Source: Candidatus Latescibacterota bacterium
Lineage (GTDB): Bacteria > Latescibacterota > UBA2968
NCBI GenBank assembly: GCA_965198115.1
Contig: OZ240241.1
Span: 4,384,001 to 4,448,000, forward strand
Reading direction: 5' to 3'
DNA: 64,000 nucleotides
A model generated the notes under the pieces. It saw only the letters and a program-made list of their open reading frames with translations, searched no databases and was not told where the DNA came from. Positions 31,353 through 40,309 of the stretch are shown here, one piece after another; position 1 is the stretch's first letter, and each line of letters begins with the position of its first letter. Position numbers and translations under genes: made by a program.

Positions 31353-33041
31353 TCACAGGTAGAAAACCAGGTAGGCTACGAGGAAGAGGGTAACAAGCAG
31401 AACAGTCGTCCCCGTCCGCACGGTCCGGGCCAAAACACCCTGCGGACCGTAATGCTGGTGGGCGAATGCGATGATCGAGGCAACCGCTGCCTTGCTGCCT
31501 TTGAAGAAGCCGTCGCTCACGGGTCTACCGACGCTCAGGAACGAGCGAACCGTAGCGGGCAACAGCCGACGATAGGCCCAGTCGACATCGAGGTTCACCG
31601 ATCTCAATTCCGGCGGGTAGATCCCGGAGAGTTTCAAGAAAGCGAAGGCCAAAGCAGAGAAAAAGAGGATCTGCCATTGCTGCACCATATGAGTCAGCGT
31701 GTAGGGCACGTAGTCAACGGGGTAAGGCAACAGCCTGTAAAGGAATTCCGGAAAACAGCCGATCAGGACACAGAGAAGGGCACCCAGCCCCATGGCAACG
31801 CACATGTTGATGGGGGCCTCTTTGCACCGGATGCCAGCGTCGTGAGCGAAGAATGCGAAGAAGGGGATCTTGATACCCGCGTGGTGGAACACACCCGCCG
31901 AGGCGAACAGGAGCATCAGCCAGACGACCACATACCCCTGCTCGGCGGCGATGGTCATCACCATGGATTTGCTCACGAACCCGCTGAAGAAGGGGAAGGC
32001 CGAGATCGATGCGGCCCCCACGATGCAGAACGCGGTCGTCATGGGCATCGACTTGTAAAGCCCGCCTAGGTCGGAGCCGTTGATCCGACCCGTGCGGTGA
32101 AGGACGGCTCCCATGGCCATGAAAAGCAGTCCTTTGAAAAGGACGTCGTTGAAGGCGTGCGCGACGGCCCCGTTTACACCCATGCCCGCACCCAAACCGA
32201 CCCCCGCGACCATGAAACCGATCTGGTTGATCATGCTGTATCCCAGAACACGTCGGAGGTCATTCTCGATCACCGCGAAGAAGATGGGAAACATCGTCAT
32301 CGACGCCCCGATCCAGATCAGTTCTTCTGTCCCCGTAAAACCGCGGGCAAGAGCGTAGACGGCCGTCTTCGTCGTAAATGCGGACAGGAAAACCGTCCCG
32401 GTAGGCGTCGCTTCGGGGTAGGCGTCGACAAGCCACGTATGTAGGACGGGAAAGGCACACTTGATTCCGATGGCCAGAAGAATGAGGCGCGAGGCCCAGC
32501 CTCCCAGTCCCATGTGCTCGAAGGCCAAAGACCCTGTTTCGGAGTAATACAACGCCGTGCCGGCCAACAATAGTAAACCGGAGGTCACGTGTATCAGGAG
32601 ATAACGCATCCCTGCGTCCGCCGATCGCGTGCTTCGGCGAGCCCAGATCTGAAAAACCGACGTGACGGCAAGCAACTCCCAAAAGATAAAGAGGGTGATC
32701 AAGTCTCCCGCGAAAACCGCGCCGACCGCACTCCCGGCGTACATCAACCCCGTTGTGTGCTGGAGACCGTCATTCACGTGTAGGGAATAGATCGCTGCGA
32801 GGAATGCCGCGATGTGGAACAGGTAGCCGAAAAGCAGACTCAGCTTGTCCACGCGCAGGAACTGCAGTTCGTAGCCGGCGAACCACGTCGTCGAGACCGT
32901 GCCGGCCTCGAACCCCAGGAGATTGACGAAGCCGGCTACGGGGAGCACGATGAGCAGGACTTTACGCAGTTGCCCTCGCAAGAGGGGCAGCGCCAGACTG
33001 CCCACGAGCAAAATCGCGGCAGGATGGAGACTACTCGTCAT
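31353..33041 (-). CDS. Na+/H+ antiporter subunit D/A-like (long C-terminal helix)
   Basis: FWELLAVTS, LHTWLVDAYPEAT, LSAFTTKTAVY, RRVLGYS, HAFNDVLFKGLLFM, PPELRSVNLDVDW. Confidence 0.85.
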   Translation of the reverse strand: MTSSLHPAAILLVGSLALPLLRGQLRKVLLIVLPVAGFVNLLGFEAGTVSTTWFAGYELQFLRVDKLSLLFGYLFHIAAFLAAIYSLHVNDGLQHTTGLMYAGSAVGAVFAGDLITLFIFWELLAVTSVFQIWARRSTRSADAGMRYLLIHVTSGLLLLAGTALYYSETGSLAFEHMGLGGWASRLILLAIGIKCAFPVLHTWLVDAYPEATPTGTVFLSAFTTKTAVYALARGFTGTEELIWIGASMTMFPIFFAVIENDLRRVLGYSMINQIGFMVAGVGLGAGMGVNGAVAHAFNDVLFKGLLFMAMGAVLHRTGRINGSDLGGLYKSMPMTTAFCIVGAASISAFPFFSGFVSKSMVMTIAAEQGYVVVWLMLLFASAGVFHHAGIKIPFFAFFAHDAGIRCKEAPINMCVAMGLGALLCVLIGCFPEFLYRLLPYPVDYVPYTLTHMVQQWQILFFSALAFAFLKLSGIYPPELRSVNLDVDWAYRRLLPATVRSFLSVGRPVSDGFFKGSKAAVASIIAFAHQHYGPQGVLARTVRTGTTVLLVTLFLVAYLVFYL

Positions 33042-33339
33042 AATAGTCCTCATCACGCATGAGCACTTTCCGCATCTGCTTGGCCGCAAGCACCAAAATC
33101 ACACAGGCCACCCAACCGTAGACCGCGTAGTAGCCAAACCACGCTTCGGCTGGGAATACACCATCCTTGAAGCTCAAGTGACGGTGGAACACTAGATCCA
33201 ATGCGATCAACACCGCGCAGACGACGAAGAAGATCCGGATCAGTCGTTTCGTATTCTCCGGATCGTCGAAGATGTGCTTCTTCTCCGATTCGTCCGGTTT
33301 TTCCGTACCGGAGGCTGGTTCCATCTCAAGGTTCCCCAA
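33031..33339 (-). CDS. Small two-TM protein of the Mrp cluster
   Basis: IFDDPENTKRL...GYYAVYGWVACVILVLAAK.MRKVLMRDEDYYD; overlaps both neighbours. Start could be 33324. Confidence 0.75.
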   Translation of the reverse strand: MGNLEMEPASGTEKPDESEKKHIFDDPENTKRLIRIFFVVCAVLIALDLVFHRHLSFKDGVFPAEAWFGYYAVYGWVACVILVLAAKQMRKVLMRDEDYYDE

Positions 33340-34786
33340 TGAGGCGGACGAGGCGCAGGAGAGGATCAGAGTAGACGAACAAAGCCAGGCAACCGACGGC
33401 CGTGAACATCAACGGGCCGACGCAGGCCACGGGAGCCTCTTTGATCCCTTTTGGTTCACCCTCTTCTATTGGCAGGAAAAAGGCGTTCACCACGATCGGC
33501 AGCAGGTATGCGATGTTCAGCAAAGAACTGATGACCAACACGATCACCAGAACGAATTGCCCGGCATCCATAGCGCCGAGGAGGAGGTACCATTTGCTCC
33601 ACGCACCGGCGAAAGGCGGCAACCCGATGATACTCAAGGACCCGATCAGAAAGGCGAACATCGTGAACGGCATTTGTCGACCGATGCCCTTCATGTCGCT
33701 GATCTCTGTCTTGTGAGTCGCCACGATGATTGCGCCCGCGCAGAAAAAGAGCGTGATCTTGCCGAACGCGTGCATAGCAATGTGCATGCTTCCACCGACA
33801 ACGCCCCAGCTGTTGGCGAGTGCAGCTCCAAGCACGATGTAGGAAAGCTGGCTGATCGTGGAGTAAGCGAGACGGGCTTTGAGATTGTCCTTCGTGAGCG
33901 CAACAAGCGACGCGATCAGGATCGTCGCCGATGCAGCATACATCAGCCATTCACTCAGACCCGTAGAACTCAGAAGGTCTATGCCGAAGATATACACAAC
34001 GACCTTCATCACCGTAAACACACCGGCCTTCACGACGGCGACCGCGTGTAAGAGAGCGCTCACGGGTGTTGGAGCAACCATGGCCACAGGGAGCCAACGG
34101 TGAAACGGCATCAATGCCGCCTTCCCTGTGCCGAACGCATACAGCGCTAGCAACACGCCGATCACGCCGGTACTGGCCTTGCCCGCCAAAATGCCACCCG
34201 GCATGAAGTCCAGTGTACCGGCCAGGCTCCACGTCCACACGACAGCGAGAAGCAGGAACGTCACCGACGTGCTGATCAGGATTCCCAGGTAGATCCTTCC
34301 GCCCATCCGCGCTTCCTCCGACCGGTGATGCGTGATCAGAGGGTAGGTGGACAGCGTGAGGACCTCGTAAAAGACGAACAACGTCAGCATGTTTCCAGAA
34401 AAGGCGACGCCCAGGGCAGCCGAAATCGCGATCGCAAAAAATACATAGAACCGCGTCTGGTTTTCCTCGTGGTGACCCCTCATATAGCCTATGGAGTAGA
34501 TCGATGTCACGATCCAAAGACCCGAGGCGACAAGGGCGAAGAGCATGCCCAGAGGTTCCACGCGGAATCCGATCGTCAACCCGGGCAAAATGCGAACGAC
34601 TTCAGCGCTCGGCTTTCCTCCCGCGAGCACGTCCGGTACCAGACTTGTCACGATGAGGAACAGGATTCCCCCCGTCACCAGCGTGGCCGCTTCTCTTACG
34701 TTCGGTTGGCGACCGAGCAGGCCGATCACGGGTACGGCCAGCGTGGGCAATGCGATCGCGAGAAGGATCGTGGTGGAGGGACTCAC
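33326..34786 (-). CDS. Monovalent cation/H+ antiporter subunit D family
   Basis: FYEVLTLSTYPL, KAALMPFHRWLPVAMVAPTPVSALLHAVAVVKAG, LKARLAYST. Confidence 0.87.
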   Translation of the reverse strand: MSPSTTILLAIALPTLAVPVIGLLGRQPNVREAATLVTGGILFLIVTSLVPDVLAGGKPSAEVVRILPGLTIGFRVEPLGMLFALVASGLWIVTSIYSIGYMRGHHEENQTRFYVFFAIAISAALGVAFSGNMLTLFVFYEVLTLSTYPLITHHRSEEARMGGRIYLGILISTSVTFLLLAVVWTWSLAGTLDFMPGGILAGKASTGVIGVLLALYAFGTGKAALMPFHRWLPVAMVAPTPVSALLHAVAVVKAGVFTVMKVVVYIFGIDLLSSTGLSEWLMYAASATILIASLVALTKDNLKARLAYSTISQLSYIVLGAALANSWGVVGGSMHIAMHAFGKITLFFCAGAIIVATHKTEISDMKGIGRQMPFTMFAFLIGSLSIIGLPPFAGAWSKWYLLLGAMDAGQFVLVIVLVISSLLNIAYLLPIVVNAFFLPIEEGEPKGIKEAPVACVGPLMFTAVGCLALFVYSDPLLRLVRLIGEP

Positions 34787-36258
34787 GAAGTGACCCCCAT
34801 CAGCGCCTGGGCCGCTTTCCGGGCGACGCCCACCGTCACTGAAGTCGATACACCGAAGTAGATCGTCGCCGCGACGAGCGCCCACGTGGCGAGCTGCATC
34901 ATCATCGGGGCATCCTTCGTTTCAGCTCCCTCAGGCGCTTCCTGGAAATACGCCACCTCCACCACGCGCCAGACGTAGGCGACGGCCAGCAGCGAGGCCA
35001 GGAGGATCAACACGGCCACGGGCCACATTCCGTGTTCCAGCGCCGCCAGCACGAGATACCATTTACTGACGAAGCCCACGGTCAGGGGAACACCGATCAG
35101 ACTCAGCCCGGCCAGTACGAATGCAGCCATCGTCAGCGGCATACGCCGGCCAAGCCCCTTGAAATCTTCCAGGTTCGCCGCGCCCACCTGCAACACGATC
35201 GACCCCACGCAGAGGAAGAGCGCCCCTTTCATCACCCCGTGGTTGAACAGATGCACGATGCCGCCGGTCAACCCCGTCACCGACAGGAAACTAATCCCCA
35301 GCATCATATACCCGATCTGGGCGACGCTCGAATACGCCAGCATGCGCTTAATGTTCGTTTGAAAGATGGCCACGATCGAGCCCACAAAGATCCCGATTAG
35401 GGCCAGCGGAAGCAGCACCGTATCCAGGTGCATCTCGCCGAACGAAAAGTCCGTCCCGAAAATCGTGAACACAAAGCGAAGAAAAACGTAAATCGAAACT
35501 TTGGTCGCCGTCGACGCAATGAATGCGGTCACGACCGAAGGGGCATAGCTGTATGCGTTGGGAAGCCACACGTGGAGCGGAAATAGGGCCAGCTTGAGAC
35601 TCATCCCCACAGTCAAGAACGCGAAGGCGACAATCACCGTCCGATTGATCCCCGCCGTGGCCAGCCGGCCCTGCAGATCGGCCATGTTCAGCGTGCCCGT
35701 CACCGCGTAGATCAGTCCAATACCGATCACAATGAACGTCGCGCCCAGGGTGCCCATCACCAGATACTGGTAGGCAGCGGTCAATGCACGCCTGCCGATC
35801 CCCAGACTGATCAGAACGTATGAGGAAAGAGCCGATATCTCCAGGAAGACGAAGAGATTGAACACATCACCGGTGATGGCCACACCCAGCAGCCCCGTCA
35901 GACACAGGAGATAGGCCGTGTAGAACATGTAGTGCTTCTCGAGCGGAATCTCCTTGGCCAGACTCGCCGGTGCGTAAAACAGCACCACCGTTCCGATGAT
36001 CGAAACCAACAGAATGACGAAACTGTTGATCGTATCGATCCGATACTCGATACCCCACGGCGGCGCCCAGCCACCCAGCTCGTAGGAAATCGTGCCGGTG
36101 GTGAGGACGCGCGACAGCAGTCCCAGAGCCATGTAGAGGACGGTCGCGCTCACGATCAGGGCAAAGCCCCACGACAGAGATCGCCGACGCAGTAGCAGGC
36201 AGACGGGCGCGGAAATCAACGGAATCACGATCTGGAGAATGGGCAGGTGTTCGGACAT
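34783..36258 (-). CDS. mrpD: Monovalent cation/H+ antiporter subunit D
   Basis: GWAPPWGIEYRID, DVFNLFVFLEISALSSY, KLALFPLHVWLPNAY, KRMLAYSSVAQIGY. Confidence 0.88.
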   Translation of the reverse strand: MSEHLPILQIVIPLISAPVCLLLRRRSLSWGFALIVSATVLYMALGLLSRVLTTGTISYELGGWAPPWGIEYRIDTINSFVILLVSIIGTVVLFYAPASLAKEIPLEKHYMFYTAYLLCLTGLLGVAITGDVFNLFVFLEISALSSYVLISLGIGRRALTAAYQYLVMGTLGATFIVIGIGLIYAVTGTLNMADLQGRLATAGINRTVIVAFAFLTVGMSLKLALFPLHVWLPNAYSYAPSVVTAFIASTATKVSIYVFLRFVFTIFGTDFSFGEMHLDTVLLPLALIGIFVGSIVAIFQTNIKRMLAYSSVAQIGYMMLGISFLSVTGLTGGIVHLFNHGVMKGALFLCVGSIVLQVGAANLEDFKGLGRRMPLTMAAFVLAGLSLIGVPLTVGFVSKWYLVLAALEHGMWPVAVLILLASLLAVAYVWRVVEVAYFQEAPEGAETKDAPMMMQLATWALVAATIYFGVSTSVTVGVARKAAQALMGVTS

Positions 36259-36611
36259 CAGACCTCTTCGTCCTGAGCGGCGATCTCGTCTTCTTCGATC
36301 GTCCCGTAGGATTCTCGAATTCGCACGACGAGCGCCAGACCGAGAGCGGTCGTTGCGGCACCCACGACGATTGCTGTAAGGATCAGCACGTGCGGAAGCG
36401 GGTTCGAATACGTCGCGCCGCCATCGACGATGATCGGAGCGGTGCCACCGCGGACTTTGCCGAGCGAGATGTAGAGGAGAAATACAGAACTCTGGAAGAT
36501 GTTCAACCCAATTAGCTTCTTGATTAGATTTCCTCGTGCGATGGCGGTGTAGAATCCCGTCATCATCAAGACGATCACGATCCAGTAGTTATAGAGTCCC
36601 GGCCACTCCAT
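36258..36611 (-). CDS. mrpC: Na+/H+ antiporter subunit C
   Basis: NLIKKLIGL, NPLPHVLILTAIVVG, YGTIEEDEI. Confidence 0.92.
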   Translation of the reverse strand: MEWPGLYNYWIVIVLMMTGFYTAIARGNLIKKLIGLNIFQSSVFLLYISLGKVRGGTAPIIVDGGATYSNPLPHVLILTAIVVGAATTALGLALVVRIRESYGTIEEDEIAAQDEEV

Positions 36612-37030
36612 CAGGTTCGTCCTCGCCCTGCGAAACAGTAGAATATCGAAAGCATCACCGAGGCCACCGTGATGCCGACCCCGAGCTCGACGATCAATAT
36701 CCCCAGATGCTGTCCGTGGACCGGGTCGTGCCCGAGGACGTTGTAGTCGAGGTAGGCCCCCCCATTGATCAGTCCTGCGACACCCGTCCCCGCGTAAATC
36801 AGCACGCCGATTGCGACCAGCGCTTCCACAATCGACGGCTTCGCCACCTTCTGCGTAGCCTCCAGGCCGTAGATGAGCGCGTGAAGGATGAATCCGGCGG
36901 CGAAAATCACGCCTGCCTGGAAGCCGCCGCCCGGCCCGAAGTCGCCGTGGAACTGCACGTAGAGCCCGAACATCAGGATGAATGGGATAAAGACCTTCGC
37001 GACGACGCGGAGGATCGGATTCGAGCTCAC
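36611..37030 (-). CDS. mrpB: Na+/H+ antiporter subunit B
   Basis: HGDFGPGGGFQAG, ELGVGITV. Confidence 0.9.
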   Translation of the reverse strand: MSSNPILRVVAKVFIPFILMFGLYVQFHGDFGPGGGFQAGVIFAAGFILHALIYGLEATQKVAKPSIVEALVAIGVLIYAGTGVAGLINGGAYLDYNVLGHDPVHGQHLGILIVELGVGITVASVMLSIFYCFAGRGRT

Positions 37031-37557
37031 GTCTCCTCCTTCCGTCCGCGCAGCAGAAGAATCACACCCACACCCGCAGTAAAGATCACCACCGTCTCAC
37101 CGAGCGTATCGTATCCCCTGTAGCTCGCCAAAACCGCAGTCACAATGTTGGGAACGCCGATTTCTTCGGGCGAAACGTTGAGGTAATGTGGAGCCACGTG
37201 TTGATGGACGGGTGCGGATGCATCGCCGTAGAGGGGAAGGTCCATCGTGCCGTAGACCAGAACCGCACCGGTCACGATCACGATTAGGAGAGGCAGAATG
37301 GAACGACGCGAAGGCGCTTTCTCATCGCGCGTGGTCAGCCCCAGCGTTCCAAGAAAGAGCACGGTCGACATGCCGGCGCCGACGGCGGCCTCGGTGAACG
37401 CCACGTCGACCGCGTCCAGCACGGTAAAGATGCCTGCTGCCAGGAGACTGAAGATGCCCGCCAACATCACCGATGCGAGTAGGCTTCTTGACCTCGAAAC
37501 GGCGATCGCAATACACACCATCACTGCCAGCAGGACTATGTTGACGACCTCTACCAT
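37027..37557 (-). CDS. Mrp subunit, DUF4040/MnhB-like (MrpA C-terminal equivalent)
   Basis: DAVDVAFTEAAVGAG, PNIVTAVLASYRGYDTLGE. Confidence 0.85.
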   Translation of the reverse strand: MVEVVNIVLLAVMVCIAIAVSRSRSLLASVMLAGIFSLLAAGIFTVLDAVDVAFTEAAVGAGMSTVLFLGTLGLTTRDEKAPSRRSILPLLIVIVTGAVLVYGTMDLPLYGDASAPVHQHVAPHYLNVSPEEIGVPNIVTAVLASYRGYDTLGETVVIFTAGVGVILLLRGRKEET

Positions 37558-37874
37558 TACGCGTCTTTCGTCTCCGAAGTCAGAGGTTGCAACCCCGAGC
37601 GGAAGGCGGCCTTGGCAACGGCGTGCGTGGACGTCGGCGAGGCCAGCAGGGCGATCACGAGAATCGTGATCAGTTTCACCGACACAAGCGATAGACCGCC
37701 CTGCAGCATCAAGCCGATCAGCACGAGGGCAAGACCCAGCGTATCCGTGATGCCGCCCCCGTGCGTGCGGCTGTAGAAATCGGGCAATCGAAGCAGACCG
37801 AGCCCGCCAATCAGACAGAAGAGGGAGCCCAGAACGAGACAGGCCCAGCTGGCGCCGTGAATGAGAGCTTCCAT
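37557..37874 (-). CDS. mrpG: Na+/H+ antiporter subunit G
   Basis: GLLRLPDFYSRTHGGGITDTLG, SPTSTHAVAKAA. Confidence 0.92.
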   Translation of the reverse strand: MEALIHGASWACLVLGSLFCLIGGLGLLRLPDFYSRTHGGGITDTLGLALVLIGLMLQGGLSLVSVKLITILVIALLASPTSTHAVAKAAFRSGLQPLTSETKDA

Positions 37875-38158
37875 CAGGCCGAAGCCTCCGACTCGTCTGC
37901 GACACCGAGATCGCCGCGTTCGATCAACTTGAGGACCGCGATCGTCCCGATGAAGTTCAGCAGGACGTAAATCAGGGCCAGATCCAGGAATTCGGGCCGG
38001 TCCGTCAAAAACCCGAGCACCGCGATCAGCAGGACGGTCTTCGTCCCGAACATGTTGACGGCCAGGATCCGATCGTAGACCGTCGGACCCAGAAGCGCCC
38101 GAGCCAGGGCAAGAATCATCGTGACCAGAACGGCCACCATCGCGACCACGAACATCAT
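37874..38158 (-). CDS. mrpF: Na+/H+ antiporter subunit F
   Basis: RALLGPTVYDRILAVN, LDLALIYVLLNFIGT. Confidence 0.92.
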   Translation of the reverse strand: MMFVVAMVAVLVTMILALARALLGPTVYDRILAVNMFGTKTVLLIAVLGFLTDRPEFLDLALIYVLLNFIGTIAVLKLIERGDLGVADESEASA

Positions 38159-38625
38159 CCGCCGCCCTCCAGACGCGTCACCCGCCGGTCCATGTCGCCT
38201 GTTTCGACGTCGTCAGCCGCCTCCTGCGTCAAGGCGTGAACCACGATCTTGTTTTCATCCATCTCCAAAGACACGGTCCCAGGCGTGAGCGTAATGGAAT
38301 TAGCATAGATCACGCGGCCCAGATCGCTCTTCTGACCGGGTGTTACGTCGATGAGCCTTGGGCTGATGGGCATCCCTGGATTCAGAATCCGGCGGGCCAC
38401 GTCGATGTTCGCCTTGACGATCGCCCACAGCAGCCAGGGCCCATAGGTGAGGAGCCTCAATACCAGATGAATCGGGTGGCCCTCGCGATCGACGATCCCC
38501 ATCCGAGCAGCAATCAGGGCTACGCCCAGGCACGAAATGACCCCGAACCCGATCGTCAGCGACAGGTAAATCCCGGACCAGAGCAACCAGATCGCGAAGA
38601 GCAGAATGGCCAGAGTGATTTTCAC
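38155..38625 (-). CDS. mrpE: Na+/H+ antiporter subunit E
   Basis: WLLWSG, IVKANIDVA, YANSITLTPGT, VHAL. Confidence 0.92.
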   Translation of the reverse strand: MKITLAILLFAIWLLWSGIYLSLTIGFGVISCLGVALIAARMGIVDREGHPIHLVLRLLTYGPWLLWAIVKANIDVARRILNPGMPISPRLIDVTPGQKSDLGRVIYANSITLTPGTVSLEMDENKIVVHALTQEAADDVETGDMDRRVTRLEGGG

Positions 38626-38677
38626 ACAAGTCCCACTACTTGAAGTCCAAAAAATGCGTCAACTTCAGTTAGATCAG

Positions 38678-40255
38678 TCAATTGCGAAAAAAGAATTGCC
38701 GGGGCGCCCCGTCTTTTGTCAAGAGAAAAGGCTCCTCGGACCTCATCGTCACAGCGCGTCCCGCAGCTTTCATCTGTTTGGATTCCACGACCTCGATCAG
38801 GTGACGGCTCGAAACCTCTGTTCGCGACGTGAACGTCTCGGAATGGACACCGATCCAAATCATCAGCACGATCAGAGGGGCAACGACAACCCATTCCCGT
38901 AGCGAAAGATCTGTCAGCTTCGCGTTCGCATCATCCACCTCGCCCCACACCACCCTCTGAAACATCCACAGCATGTAGACGGCCGCCAGGACCACCCCCG
39001 ATGTCGCGATGACACCCATCAGGACGTTGCTCTGGTAGGCACCCAACAGGATCAGGAATTCACCCACGAACCCGTTCAGGCCGGGCAGCCCGATCGAGGA
39101 AAGGATCGTAATCAGAAACACAGCTGAAAACGCCGGCACGACCTGGGCCAATCCCCCGAAATCCTCGATCTCCCGCGTATGCCGCCGCTCGTAGATCATC
39201 CCCACGATCAGGAAGAGCGCGCCCGTCGAGATCCCGTGATTCACCATCTGAATGATCCCGCCCTGCATGCCCTGTTCGTTCATGGCAAAGATACCGAGCA
39301 CGATGAAGCCGAGGTGGCTCACGCTCGAATAGGCCACGAGTTTCTTCACATCAGTCTGGACCATCGCCACGAGTGCGCCATAGACGATCCCGACGACCGA
39401 GAGGACCATGATCGGGTATGTAAACTCGGCCGTGGCCAACGGAAACAGGGGAAGGCAGAACCGAAGGATCCCGTAGGTCCCCATCTTCAACAGAACACCG
39501 GCCAGAATCACACTGCCGGCGGTCGGTGCCTCGACGTGAGCATCTGGCAGCCACGTGTGCAGCGGGAACAACGGCACCTTGATCGCGAAACTCAGGAAAA
39601 ACGCGAGGAAGAGCAGGGACTGGGCTTCGGGATCGACCGTGTACTGGTAGAGCGTCAACAGATCGAACGTATAGACACCCGTCGACGAACCGTGTTGGAA
39701 GTACAGGAAGATGATCGCAACCAACATCAAAAGGCTGCCGGCCAGCGTGAAGAGCACAAACTTGACGGCCGCATAGATCCTGCGTTCCCCACCCCACACC
39801 CCGATCAGCAGATACATCGGGATCAACATCGCTTCCCAGAACACGTAGAACAGGAACAGATCGAGCGAACAGAAAACACCCAGCATGCCCGTCTCGAGCA
39901 ACAGCATCGAAGCCATATACTCGCGAACCCGGGTCGTGACCGACGTCCACGACGCCAGGATGGACAGCACGGTCAAAAGCGTCGTGATCAGGATCAGCAG
40001 CAAGCTGATGCCATCGACGCCCACGGCATAGCTGATCCCCAAATCTTCGACCCACTCGACGCGGTGCACGAACTGCATGTCGGCCGTCGTGGAGTCGAAC
40101 CTCGTGAACAGCGGAATCGTCAACACGAAATTGACGAACGAGACTCCGAGGGCCAGCCAGCGAGATAGGCTGTCGCGCCCCTTGCCGACAAGTACGACCA
40201 GCACCGCGCCCACAAGGGGCACGAAAATCAAATATGTGAGAAGGTGTGAACTCAT
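38678..40255 (-). CDS. nuoM: NADH-quinone oxidoreductase subunit M
   Basis: GVDGIS, FYVFWEAMLIPMY, KVPLFPLHTWLPDAHVEAPT, LKMGTYG, KKLVAYSSVSH. Confidence 0.95.
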   Translation of the reverse strand: MSSHLLTYLIFVPLVGAVLVVLVGKGRDSLSRWLALGVSFVNFVLTIPLFTRFDSTTADMQFVHRVEWVEDLGISYAVGVDGISLLLILITTLLTVLSILASWTSVTTRVREYMASMLLLETGMLGVFCSLDLFLFYVFWEAMLIPMYLLIGVWGGERRIYAAVKFVLFTLAGSLLMLVAIIFLYFQHGSSTGVYTFDLLTLYQYTVDPEAQSLLFLAFFLSFAIKVPLFPLHTWLPDAHVEAPTAGSVILAGVLLKMGTYGILRFCLPLFPLATAEFTYPIMVLSVVGIVYGALVAMVQTDVKKLVAYSSVSHLGFIVLGIFAMNEQGMQGGIIQMVNHGISTGALFLIVGMIYERRHTREIEDFGGLAQVVPAFSAVFLITILSSIGLPGLNGFVGEFLILLGAYQSNVLMGVIATSGVVLAAVYMLWMFQRVVWGEVDDANAKLTDLSLREWVVVAPLIVLMIWIGVHSETFTSRTEVSSRHLIEVVESKQMKAAGRAVTMRSEEPFLLTKDGAPRQFFFRN

Positions 40256-40309
40256 CTGTGGTGTAGTCGCTGTCTCAATTCTCGATACTCGATATCCACA
40301 TATTCGATA

